Under the pieces are notes generated by a model that was not told the DNA's origin, did not search any database, and worked only from the letters and a program-made list of their open reading frames with translations. This document shows, one piece after another, positions 39,211-48,786 of a stretch of DNA of 64,000 bases. Source of the DNA: an uncultured Rhodothermaceae bacterium (GTDB lineage Bacteria; Bacteroidota; Rhodothermia; Rhodothermales; JAHQVL01). The stretch is taken from NCBI GenBank assembly GCA_964525535.1, contig CAZGHT010000012.1:3040-67039 (forward strand). The letters are read 5' to 3'. Both the position numbers and the translations under genes were made by a program. Every line of letters starts with the position of its first letter. The stretch's first letter is position 1.

Positions 39211-42087
39211 ATGAAAACTCACCGCTTGGGGGCCCTCCTGATCCTGGCGCTCATCGTACCCGGTCTCGCCTGGGCCCAGGACGGACGCATTACCGGCGTC
39301 GTCACAGACGCTGTTTCGGGCCAGCCACTACCTGGCGTCAATATCATCATCCAGGAATTGACCACGGGGACAGCCACCTCCGTGGATGGCACCTACGAAA
39401 TAGACAATGTACCTGCAGGGCAATACACTCTGATTGCATCCTTTATCGGTTTTAAACGAAGCGAACTGACCGTCTCGGTTTCGGCCGGCGGAGAGGTTCA
39501 ACAGAACATCGAGCTCTCTGAAGACCTGATCGGCCTGGAAGAGGTGGTCGTCACCGGGCAGGGATCCGGCATCGAAAAACGCCGGCTTTCTACTACGATC
39601 GACGTCATCACGCCCAAACAGCTCGAGGCCACCCCGACGACGCGGCTCGATCAGATCCTTCAGGCGCAGCTTCCAAACGCGCAGATCCGATTTTCGTCCG
39701 GCCAACCCGGTACGGCCTCCCTGATTCGTTCACGGGGCCCGGTATCGGCCAACGTCTCGACGACCCCGGTCATTTACATCGACGGGGTTCGGGTCGACAA
39801 CCTCAACACAGCTTCCGGCCTCTCCGTGGACACGGGCGGCGCCCAGTCGAGCGCGATCCCGGACATCCCGACTGAAAATATCGAACGGATCGAGTTCATC
39901 AAAGGAGGGGCGGCAACGACGCTGTACGGTTCGGATGCCGCCAACGGCGTCATTCAGATTTTCACAAAAAAGGGGCTGCCCGGCCGCAGCGACATCACGT
40001 TTCAGACCGAACTGGGCGTCATCTCCGGAACGGAAGACTTCCTTCGGTTTGGGCGCACGGCCGACATCCTCTTCGATGACGGATTTTCTCAAACCTACCG
40101 GCTTTCTGGAAACGGCGGAAATCAGAATTTCACCTATAGTTTCTCGGGCAGTATGCACGATAACAACGGGTTCCGGCTGAACAACGGAAATACGCGGTAC
40201 AACCTTCGCACGACGCTCAGCTCACAGGCCAGCGAAGTGCTGCGTTATACGGGATCCTTCGCCTTCGCGAGCAACGTGTACGTCAGGGACTACAACGCGA
40301 ACACGAGTTTCAGTACCTTCGGCAACCTGGAGGGCGGCGATTTCGGGGACCTCGACGCCCTTTCCGACGCGGAGTTCGAAGAACTGCGCACCGAGCAGCA
40401 AGGCATCGTAAACGCAGTCGACATCGCCGGCGACACGAAACGATTCCAGACGTCGCAGGCGCTGGACTTCGCCCCGCTGAAGAATGTAACGGCCCGGCTC
40501 ACGATGGGCCTTGACTACCGGGTCAACGTCGAGCAAGAAACCGAATCGCCGGCGTTTAACCTCCTGATCGGCAACGACCCCACGTCCAGCGACATCACCC
40601 GCGTGGACCGCCGTTTCCTCGGCCTTACCCTCGAGGGCAACGTACGCCATGAGTACCGGAAAAACGACTTTTCTTTCCTGTCCACCGTGGGCGGTCAGGT
40701 ATTCCGCGACGAGGACGACCAGGTACTGCTGCTCGCCTCCAACATTGCACAGGGCACCTCGTCGATCAACAACGCGGCCGAGCAAACGGCGACGGACCTC
40801 GAATTCACCGTGGCGAATTACGGGTTTTATGGCCAGGAAAATATCGGCTTCAAAGACCGTTACTTCGTAGAAGGCGGGCTCCGGGTCGATTACAACTCGG
40901 CCTTTGGCGAGGAAATCGGAGGGGTCGTGTATCCCAAGGTGGGCGGCGCCTACGTCATCTCCTCGGAGCCGCTCTTCGAGCGACTCGTTCCCCGGTCGGT
41001 CGTGTCCAACCTGAAAGTGCGGGCAAACCTCGGCTTTGCCGGCAACTTTCCGACGCCGTTCGTCAACGACCGCACGGTCACAGCGGCTACGTTCGACAAC
41101 CGGGTGGCGTACACGTTCGGACAGGTCGGGGATGCAGATCTCAAACCGGAGCGCGTTCGCACGCTGGAAATCGGGGGCGACCTCGGCTTGCTGAACGATC
41201 GCATTTCGGTAGAGGTCACCTACTACAAATCGCTGACCCAGGACGCCCTGTTTACCCGGCCTTTCCCCGAGAGCTCCGGACAGGCTGCTCAGCTGACCAA
41301 TATCGGTGAAGTCGAGAATAGAGGGTGGGAATTTAATACCCAGTTCTTCGTCCTGAACAGCCGGGACGCGGACCTCAGAATCAACGCTTCGGTGAACACG
41401 CTGGATAACGTGGTCCTGGACAACGGAGGCACACCTGCCTTCACCGTCGGCGGGTTCACGTTCCTCGGCCAGTTCGTAGAAGAAGGGCAGCCGCTCGGAT
41501 ACCTTCGCGGTGGCGAACCCACCTTCGACGATCAGGGCAACTTCGTGAGTTCGGAACGCAATGCGGTGCTCGGCAGCCCGCTGCCCGACGTATTCGGCAA
41601 CCTGAGCCTGAACCTGACGCTGTGGAATAGCCTGCGCTTCTTCGCCGTTGCGGATTACCAGCTGGGCGCTCAGGGCATTGCCGTGGACGACGTACTCCGG
41701 TTCTTCTCCGGCGTCCAGGACGACGACCGGTTCCCCAAAGCGCCTGATGGAAGCACGCCGGCCCTGAATCAGGCCAGCTTCTTCGACCTCGCCGGCGTAT
41801 GGGTCGAAGACACCGACTTCCTCAAGATCCGCTTGCTTTCTCTGGGGTATACCATCCCACAGAAGTATTACAGGAGCCCCTTGATCCGAAGCATCGATGT
41901 CGGCGTTCGCGTCTTGAATCCGTTCAACTTTGCTACGTCCAGCTTTGACCCCGAAATCACCGGAGACAACGGCCTCAGCGATCGTAGTGAGCTGACCATT
42001 CAGGACGGGCTCAACCTGGGTGTATTCGGCTTCGGCACGGAGTCGCCGCCCCGCCAGTTCTTGTTCGACTTAAGAGTCCGATTCTAA
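39211..42087 (+). CDS. SusC/RagA-like TonB-dependent outer-membrane transporter
   Basis: Signal peptide; N-terminal GQPLPGVNI domain; LEEVVVTG; plug IERIEFIKGGAATTLYGSDAANGVIQIFTKKG; DLKPER; terminal LRVRF. Confidence 0.92.
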   Translation: MKTHRLGALLILALIVPGLAWAQDGRITGVVTDAVSGQPLPGVNIIIQELTTGTATSVDGTYEIDNVPAGQYTLIASFIGFKRSELTVSVSAGGEVQQNIELSEDLIGLEEVVVTGQGSGIEKRRLSTTIDVITPKQLEATPTTRLDQILQAQLPNAQIRFSSGQPGTASLIRSRGPVSANVSTTPVIYIDGVRVDNLNTASGLSVDTGGAQSSAIPDIPTENIERIEFIKGGAATTLYGSDAANGVIQIFTKKGLPGRSDITFQTELGVISGTEDFLRFGRTADILFDDGFSQTYRLSGNGGNQNFTYSFSGSMHDNNGFRLNNGNTRYNLRTTLSSQASEVLRYTGSFAFASNVYVRDYNANTSFSTFGNLEGGDFGDLDALSDAEFEELRTEQQGIVNAVDIAGDTKRFQTSQALDFAPLKNVTARLTMGLDYRVNVEQETESPAFNLLIGNDPTSSDITRVDRRFLGLTLEGNVRHEYRKNDFSFLSTVGGQVFRDEDDQVLLLASNIAQGTSSINNAAEQTATDLEFTVANYGFYGQENIGFKDRYFVEGGLRVDYNSAFGEEIGGVVYPKVGGAYVISSEPLFERLVPRSVVSNLKVRANLGFAGNFPTPFVNDRTVTAATFDNRVAYTFGQVGDADLKPERVRTLEIGGDLGLLNDRISVEVTYYKSLTQDALFTRPFPESSGQAAQLTNIGEVENRGWEFNTQFFVLNSRDADLRINASVNTLDNVVLDNGGTPAFTVGGFTFLGQFVEEGQPLGYLRGGEPTFDDQGNFVSSERNAVLGSPLPDVFGNLSLNLTLWNSLRFFAVADYQLGAQGIAVDDVLRFFSGVQDDDRFPKAPDGSTPALNQASFFDLAGVWVEDTDFLKIRLLSLGYTIPQKYYRSPLIRSIDVGVRVLNPFNFATSSFDPEITGDNGLSDRSELTIQDGLNLGVFGFGTESPPRQFLFDLRVRF

Positions 42088-42095
42088 TACGCCCA

Positions 42096-42139
42096 GTCGC
42101 GCAGCAGCCGGGCGCCAGATCGCACGGCTGCTGCGCGAC
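42096..42139. repeat. Intercistronic hairpin with a perfect 15-bp stem between susC and susD
   Basis: GTCGCGCAGCAGCCG-N14-CGGCTGCTGCGCGAC; no T tract on either side. Confidence 0.75.
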
Positions 42140-42174
42140 ACCCCCACGCCAACTACCTATTTGTTATAGATACG

Positions 42175-43659
42175 ATGAAGAGACATTTTTTGACTTCACT
42201 GGTTCTCGGCGGTGTCCTGATCACCGGCTTCTCAGCCTGTGATCTGTTCGACCCGCGAAACGCAGAGAACCCCAATGTTCTGGAGGGCGACTTTCTCGCC
42301 CTGGACAACTCGACCGAGCTCTGGCTCGAAGGCCTGGAACGTCAGATGACGCTGTCCTTGAACAACAGCTCTGTTACCAGCGGCGATGGGTACATCTCGG
42401 CAGCCGAGATAGCCTCCGATAATTATGTGAACACGCAGACGTTCTTCAACCAGTTCATGGACGATCTGATCTTCGATGTCACCGACGACGACATCGAACA
42501 GGCCCTGTTTGCGCTGGGCGACTTGCGGGAAAGCGCTGAGTTTGGCTTAAGTACCGTCGTGGGGAGCGACCCCGAGCCGGATCCCAACGACATTGCCGGC
42601 ATCTACTTCTTCAAAGGCATGGCCCACCTGCTGATCGGTGAACTCTTCAACCTGGCGCCGGCCGATTCTGCCGGCCCCCCGGTCAGCTCTGCCGAACACA
42701 TGCAGCTGGCTCTGGAAGCCTTCTCCGAAGCCATCCAGGGTTCGACCGCCCCTGCGGATCTCGTGGGTTATCAGATCGCCCGGGCGCGCACGTACCGGCA
42801 CCTGGGAGATGCCGTGAATGCACGCGCGGATGCGGAAGCAGCGATTAGCGCCGACCCGGACTATCTTCGGTTCACGATTCACGACAATACCAACGGCCCG
42901 GTGAACGACATACAGGACGCCCTGTTCGACCGGGGCACGTTCGACGACCTCCAGCCATTGCCACGGCTCGACTTCCTCGACCCCAAATACTTCAATACGG
43001 CGCAGCCTAATCCGAGGGGGGATGACGAGGACGCCGACATTGCCTACATCAAAGGCGAGGAGGCCTTCCTGATTCTGGCGGAGATCCAGGCTGCCGACAA
43101 CGACATCGCCGGCGCCCAACAGACCCTGAGCGATTTGTTGGACGTTGTGGCCGATCGGCCCCTCGAGCGCCTCGCGGACGTCAACGAAGGCCGCACGCAC
43201 GACAACCCGGGCTCCAGGCCGAATACAGCGGCCTGGATGGTCGCAGCCAGTGCGAGCGACCCCATGGTGGCCGGCCTCGTCGTCGACCGGGACGCCGAGA
43301 ATGAATATGCCATCGTTTCAGGCACGTCGGTCACCCTGGACGACATCAACGCGGTCGCTACCCAGGACGAGCTCCTCGAGTTGATCTATTTGATGCGGCA
43401 GGAGATCTTCCTCGCAGAAGGCCGCCGAATGACGGATCTCGGCATCCGATGGCCGGTGCCGCAGGACGAAATCACGTCCAACGCGAACATCAACGAAGGC
43501 GACCCCGCTACACAGGCCGTCGTGCCTGACTTCTTGCCGGCAGCGGAAATGGATGCCTTCACGATGGATGAAGCTACCCAGGAAGTCACGATCATGCACA
43601 ACCTGAACAGGATACTCGTACTCAATAAGTCGTCCGACCTCGTGCTCCCGTTTTTCTAA
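42175..43659 (+). CDS. SusD/RagB-like surface lipoprotein
   Basis: Lipobox FSAC; EEAFLILAEI, RQEIFLAEGRRMTD, WPVPQDEITSN motifs; directly follows susC. Confidence 0.85.
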   Translation: MKRHFLTSLVLGGVLITGFSACDLFDPRNAENPNVLEGDFLALDNSTELWLEGLERQMTLSLNNSSVTSGDGYISAAEIASDNYVNTQTFFNQFMDDLIFDVTDDDIEQALFALGDLRESAEFGLSTVVGSDPEPDPNDIAGIYFFKGMAHLLIGELFNLAPADSAGPPVSSAEHMQLALEAFSEAIQGSTAPADLVGYQIARARTYRHLGDAVNARADAEAAISADPDYLRFTIHDNTNGPVNDIQDALFDRGTFDDLQPLPRLDFLDPKYFNTAQPNPRGDDEDADIAYIKGEEAFLILAEIQAADNDIAGAQQTLSDLLDVVADRPLERLADVNEGRTHDNPGSRPNTAAWMVAASASDPMVAGLVVDRDAENEYAIVSGTSVTLDDINAVATQDELLELIYLMRQEIFLAEGRRMTDLGIRWPVPQDEITSNANINEGDPATQAVVPDFLPAAEMDAFTMDEATQEVTIMHNLNRILVLNKSSDLVLPFF

Positions 43660-43695
43660 ACGGTTCTTCCACATCGCACGAGCGAAAGAGCGTGC

Positions 43696-43737
43696 GAAAA
43701 ACCCGGTTCCCTTCTGGAACCGGGTTTTTCATTTTTT
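43696..43737 (+). terminator. Intrinsic terminator after susD (potentially bidirectional)
   Basis: GAAAAACCCGGTTCC-cttct-GGAACCGGGTTTTTC then ATTTTTT; a second hairpin TCGCACG/CGTGCGA lies at 43674-43697. Confidence 0.85.
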
Positions 43738-43793
43738 AAAACGCCCCGAGGCCCTTACTTTAGCGGTGTTTCCCATCACGATCATCGCAATTA

Positions 43794-45293
43794 ATGGCCG
43801 GCAACATTCATATCGAAGATTCGACGGCGACGCTGGAGGCCTACTTCGAGCGGTTTCGTCGACACATCATTGGAAGAGATCAGACCTTCGAGACGCCGTA
43901 TGGGCTCAAGCCGATCGTATATGCAGACTGGACCGCGAGCGGTCGGTTATACGGCCCTATCGAGGACAGAATCAGCGGCACCTTCGGCCCGTTTGTAGGG
44001 AATACGCACTCAGAGGCCAGCATTACCGGCACGTGCATGACCCGCGCGTACCGGAAAGCCCAGGCTATCATCAAGAGGCACGTCCATGCAGGCCCGAATG
44101 ACGTCATCATTATGGCCGAAACAGGCATGACGGGGGTCATCTGCAAATTCCAGCGCATCCTGGGCTTGCGCGTACCCGGCAACATCCAGGATACGATCCA
44201 CCTGCCCGAAGCGGCTCGGCCGATCGTCTTCATTACGCACATGGAGCATCATTCGAACCAGACGTCCTGGCTCGAAACGATCGCCGACGTCGTGCAGCTC
44301 GATGCAAACGAGCGCGGCCTCGTGGACCTCGACAAAATGCAGCGAATGCTCAAGGCCTACGAGAACCGCCCGTTGAAGATCGGGTCGTTTACGAGCTGCT
44401 CAAACGTAACGGGAATCCAGACGGAGTACCATGCGCTGGCGCGCATCATGCACGAACACGGTGGATATTGTTTCATCGATTTTGCAGCCTCTGCGCCCTA
44501 CGTGCCCATCGACATGCACCCGGAGAACCCTCTCGAGAAGCTCGATGCCATCTTCTTTTCTCCGCATAAATTTCTCGGTGGCCCCGGGACGGCCGGAGCG
44601 CTCATCTTTGACGCCTCTCTGTATCACAACCCGGTGCCCGACAACCCGGGAGGAGGCACCGTGATGTGGACCAATCCCTGGGGGGAATATAGCTACCTGC
44701 CCGATATAGAAGCCCGGGAAGACGGGGGCACCCCGGGGTTTTTGCAAACCATCCGTGCTGCTCTGGCTGTCCGGTTAAAAGAGGACATGGGTACGGAAGC
44801 TATGCTGGCCAGGGAGCAGGAATTGCTGGCTATCGCCTTCAAAAGGCTGAGACGCATCCCTGGATTGTTTATTCTGGCCGATCACATAGAAGATCGCCTG
44901 GGGATCCTCTCATTCTACGTAGAAGACATCCATTACAATCTGATCGTTGTCCTGTTGAATGACAGGTATGGCATACAGGTTCGAGGAGGATGCTCCTGCG
45001 CCGGCACCTATGGCCATTTTCTTCTACACGTCGACCGCGCCCTGTCGAAGTCGATAACGGACCGCATCGACCGCGGCGATCTTTCGCTGAAGCCGGGATG
45101 GGTTCGGTTATCGCTGCACCCTACCATGACGGACGAGACGCTGCACGCCATCATCGATGCTATCGAAGAGATTGTCGCCAACATCGAGGAGCTGAAGAAA
45201 GACTACCGATACTGCTCTTCCTCCAATGAATACATGCACGTATCGGGCAACTGCGTACAACGACTCGACATGGACGACTGGTTTCAGCTATAG
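43794..45293 (+). CDS. Class-V PLP-dependent enzyme (cysteine desulfurase/selenocysteine lyase-like)
   Basis: YADWTASGR, MEHHSNQTSW, SPHKFLGGPG (PLP Lys), RGGCSCAGTYG. Confidence 0.85.
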   Translation: MAGNIHIEDSTATLEAYFERFRRHIIGRDQTFETPYGLKPIVYADWTASGRLYGPIEDRISGTFGPFVGNTHSEASITGTCMTRAYRKAQAIIKRHVHAGPNDVIIMAETGMTGVICKFQRILGLRVPGNIQDTIHLPEAARPIVFITHMEHHSNQTSWLETIADVVQLDANERGLVDLDKMQRMLKAYENRPLKIGSFTSCSNVTGIQTEYHALARIMHEHGGYCFIDFAASAPYVPIDMHPENPLEKLDAIFFSPHKFLGGPGTAGALIFDASLYHNPVPDNPGGGTVMWTNPWGEYSYLPDIEAREDGGTPGFLQTIRAALAVRLKEDMGTEAMLAREQELLAIAFKRLRRIPGLFILADHIEDRLGILSFYVEDIHYNLIVVLLNDRYGIQVRGGCSCAGTYGHFLLHVDRALSKSITDRIDRGDLSLKPGWVRLSLHPTMTDETLHAIIDAIEEIVANIEELKKDYRYCSSSNEYMHVSGNCVQRLDMDDWFQL

Positions 45294-45375
45294 CGCCTGC
45301 ATCCGTTTCTGGCGTCAGGGCGCATACCCTGCGGAGCCGGGTGAATACCGCTTCAGGCCCTATACTCGATCGCTC

Positions 45376-46788
45376 TCAAAAGTCTCCGCCCCCCAGAAGA
45401 ATCACTTTTTCCCTGTTGTGTGGAATGTGCTTCAACGCATTTCGGGTATCGACAACCGCCTTCGCGTGTTCAGCGATGGTCGCATAGGGGAAGGCACTGT
45501 GGTTCGTCAGAATGACGGCGATATCGTGTTGTCTCAGCGCTTTTTCCGTCAATGGAATCCCGCGTAGTTCCTCATCTCCATGGATACCGTTCACCCAAAT
45601 GCGGTCGACGTGAGGATCGCTGAAGCTGATCGACGTGATACCTTTGGCTTTCAGCAATTCGATCACTTTGAAGGCCGGAGAGTGCCTGGTGTCGTCAACG
45701 TCCTTTTTGAAGGCCACGCCGAGTATCAGCACGTTGGCGTCTTCCAATCGTACGGGTTGGCGCGCAATCGCTCGAATGACGGCGTCGGCGACATAAAAAG
45801 GCATATCTTCATTGATGCGCGCAGACAGCGTAATGAAGCTGGTTTCGAAATCGTACCGACGCGCCAGCCAGGACAGGTAATAGGGATCGATCGGTATACA
45901 ATGCCCTCCCAGCCCGGGGCCCGGGAAAAAGGGCATATATCCGAAAGGTTTTGTGGCGGCCGCTTCCACCACTTCCCAGATCGAAATGCCTCCGATGCGA
46001 TCGCATAACCTGGCCAGCTCGTTCACGAGGGCAATGTTGACCGATCGGAACGTGTTCTCCAGCAGCTTTTCCATTTCAGCCACTTTGGGGCTGGATACGG
46101 TGTGTACGTGATCGACAATCTGCTTGAGCGCTTTTTCGGCGAGTTCTGTGCAGGCCGGCGTCACCCCGCCGACGACGATGGGCGTGTTTGAAGTCGTAAA
46201 CTGCTTGTTGCCCGGATCGATACGCTCGGGGCTGAAAGCGAGAAAATAATCGCGCCCGAGTTGAAGTCCTTTGTCTTTGGCGGCGGCTTCCAGAATAGGC
46301 TGTACGAGCCCTTCAGTGGTGTCCGGGTACGTCGTGCTCTTCAAAATGATGAGCTGGCCTTCCCGGAGGTGTTCAGCGATCGATTCCGCGGCGGACTTGA
46401 TGTAGGACGTATCGGGGTCTTTGTGTTCGGTAACCGGGGTCGGTACGCAAATAAAAAATACGTCGATGCTCCCGCAGGATGAAAAGCCGTCGTCGGCGAT
46501 GAGGTGTCCGCTCTTGACGACCGCTTCGACCGCTTCGTCCGGCAGGTCCTGGTTGTAATTATGACCTGCGTTCAAACGAACGACTCGCTCCTTGTTCAGG
46601 TCGATTCCACGCGTAATGAATCCTTTTCCAGCGAACTCTACGGCGAGTGGAAGACCGACATAGCCCAGCCCAACCACACCGATGGTTGCACTACGCTGTT
46701 CGATCTTGGTCATGAGTTCGTGAGCAGGTGCTATTCCAGGCACGACTTCGGCGTTGTTTTGATCTTCCTCTAGGATAAGAGATGACAT
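45376..46788 (-). CDS. Nucleotide-sugar 6-dehydrogenase, WbpA/WecC-like
   Basis: GLGYVGLP, CVPTP, FSPERIDPGN, KLLENTFR, GGHCIPIDP, KKDVDDTRHSP. Confidence 0.9.
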   Translation of the reverse strand: MSSLILEEDQNNAEVVPGIAPAHELMTKIEQRSATIGVVGLGYVGLPLAVEFAGKGFITRGIDLNKERVVRLNAGHNYNQDLPDEAVEAVVKSGHLIADDGFSSCGSIDVFFICVPTPVTEHKDPDTSYIKSAAESIAEHLREGQLIILKSTTYPDTTEGLVQPILEAAAKDKGLQLGRDYFLAFSPERIDPGNKQFTTSNTPIVVGGVTPACTELAEKALKQIVDHVHTVSSPKVAEMEKLLENTFRSVNIALVNELARLCDRIGGISIWEVVEAAATKPFGYMPFFPGPGLGGHCIPIDPYYLSWLARRYDFETSFITLSARINEDMPFYVADAVIRAIARQPVRLEDANVLILGVAFKKDVDDTRHSPAFKVIELLKAKGITSISFSDPHVDRIWVNGIHGDEELRGIPLTEKALRQHDIAVILTNHSAFPYATIAEHAKAVVDTRNALKHIPHNREKVILLGGGDF

Positions 46789-46845
46789 GGTTTTGGTTCC
46801 CTCCGTATTTTCTTGCCATGCAGGAGTAGCTTCGCGCTGGCAAGC

Positions 46846-48726
46846 TTATTCTTGATGTGCTTCTTTTGTTCTGACTTCGACCAGGGAGTTGAACGCCGGC
46901 CATGTCGGCATGGTATCGATTTTCAAATGCAACATCAGGCACTCTACATCGAACCGCGTGCACTCGACACAGATTTCCGTCTTCCTCGCCTCGGTAATGC
47001 GACAGGCGGTAATCAGAACCGCTTCGGGTTGATGATCAAACATGATGTTTGCAAAATCGGTGAATGAGCCCAGAACGGGCACACCGTCGATTCTCATACC
47101 ATGCTTCAGGGGGTTATCATCGATAAATCCGATCGGCAGTAGACTGAGTTCGGGATTCTGGCGTATCTCGCGCAAGGCCAGCTCACCTGCGTCGCCGGCA
47201 CCGTATAGGACTACACGGCGGCCGTTACTGCGTTGTGTATGAATGAATTGACGCAACGCCTTTAAGCCGAACCGCACGCTAACCAATCCAACCGACAAAA
47301 TGATCCAGTCGATGATAAACACGGCCACGGACGCATCGTACACCGCGTAAGCCACGGCGCCATACGTTATGACCGACGTTAGCGCCGTTGCCTGCAAAAC
47401 CTGCACCATTTCTGATACTCCTGCGTGTTGCCAGATCCCCCGATATAACCCCATCAGATAAAACACGACCACCTTCACGGGAACGACGATCGGCAGGATG
47501 CGCAGCAGCGCTTCGCGGTTCGGCCCGGCGACGAGATCTTCGTAGCGAAGAAAATGGGCCAGTATCAGTGATGCCATCACCAGCATCCCGTCAGCGATCA
47601 TCCCAAATGACGATTTCCAATTGGGTCCGAGCAGGGTCTGCACCCCTCTCACGAACTTCCCGTTCAAGAAGTACGTCCTCGTCGAGTAAAACCCCAACTG
47701 CTCGCGAGACGTGTAGACGTTGACGCTCGCCAGGAAAATCCCGAACACGATCAGCCCTGTAGCAAGCAAAACGAACAGAGCCCCAAACAGGATGGGCTCC
47801 GTGACGTGGAACAGCAACGCCGATCCTCCAGAGACGGTGCCGACGCTGTACAGCGTCAGCACGGCATTTTTTTCTGACAGTCCCAGGAAAACCAGCCGGT
47901 GCGAGCTGTGGTCTCGCCCGCCCTGTGAAATCGAGATGCCCGACAGGGTTCGCACGATGGTGACCAGCGTCGTGTCGAGGATAGGGATGGCCAGAACGAG
48001 GATCGAGACCAGGACAATGGCCAGTTCATGCCCTCTCGGCGCCTGAGCCTGGACGACGACCGCCAGCGCGGCCACCGAGTACCCCAGGAACATGCTCCCG
48101 CTATCGCCCATGAATATACGCGCCGGTTTAAAATTGTAAAACAGAAATCCGGCCGACACACCGGCGATGACAAAGGATAAAAACAGGCCCGTCGCATTTC
48201 CCGAAAGAGCAGAGAACCCCCCCAGCATCAGCGATGCGATGCATGCAATGCCGGCCGCAAGGCCATCCATGTTGTCCAGCAAGTTCAGTGCGTTGGTAAT
48301 CCCGATAGCCCAGAACAACGTCAGGGGAGCCAGAATCCAATATGGGAATCCTTCCCCGAACGTATATCCTTCAACGAGCAGTAAGCTGGAAGCGGCAACC
48401 TGGGCAGCCAGCTTCCGCGAAGGACGTATGGTCTTGAAGTCGTCGACGAGACCGGTAACAAACATGATCGCAGCTCCCAGGCAAAGCGTCCAGGGCACGC
48501 CGGTCTGCGGGAAAACGAGAACCGTCAGGCTGCCGCTGGCAAAAAGGGCAATGCCCCCCATGAGTGCAGTTGGCTTTTTATGCCACCGGTCTTTCTTGGG
48601 AAAAGCAATCCACTTATAGCGATGGGCGACCCGGATGACGATCGGGGTAAAGAGAAGGCTCAGGCACCATGACAGGAGCCCTCCCATCCAGGGCGCCCAT
48701 TTCGTTCCATCAACAAAAGGCTCCAT
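46846..48726 (-). CDS. WecA/MraY-family polyprenyl-phosphate sugar-1-phosphate transferase fused to a C-terminal Rossmann-like domain
   Basis: GLVDD, NALNLLDNMDGL, IFMGDSGS, DHSSHRL; then YLMGLYRGIW and VVLYGAGDAG..GFIDD. Confidence 0.85.
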   Translation of the reverse strand: MEPFVDGTKWAPWMGGLLSWCLSLLFTPIVIRVAHRYKWIAFPKKDRWHKKPTALMGGIALFASGSLTVLVFPQTGVPWTLCLGAAIMFVTGLVDDFKTIRPSRKLAAQVAASSLLLVEGYTFGEGFPYWILAPLTLFWAIGITNALNLLDNMDGLAAGIACIASLMLGGFSALSGNATGLFLSFVIAGVSAGFLFYNFKPARIFMGDSGSMFLGYSVAALAVVVQAQAPRGHELAIVLVSILVLAIPILDTTLVTIVRTLSGISISQGGRDHSSHRLVFLGLSEKNAVLTLYSVGTVSGGSALLFHVTEPILFGALFVLLATGLIVFGIFLASVNVYTSREQLGFYSTRTYFLNGKFVRGVQTLLGPNWKSSFGMIADGMLVMASLILAHFLRYEDLVAGPNREALLRILPIVVPVKVVVFYLMGLYRGIWQHAGVSEMVQVLQATALTSVITYGAVAYAVYDASVAVFIIDWIILSVGLVSVRFGLKALRQFIHTQRSNGRRVVLYGAGDAGELALREIRQNPELSLLPIGFIDDNPLKHGMRIDGVPVLGSFTDFANIMFDHQPEAVLITACRITEARKTEICVECTRFDVECLMLHLKIDTMPTWPAFNSLVEVRTKEAHQE

Positions 48727-48786
48727 GCTCAATCATTGGCTAGCATCACAGCACGTATAGCTATGAGAGATGAATAAAACAGAGCA

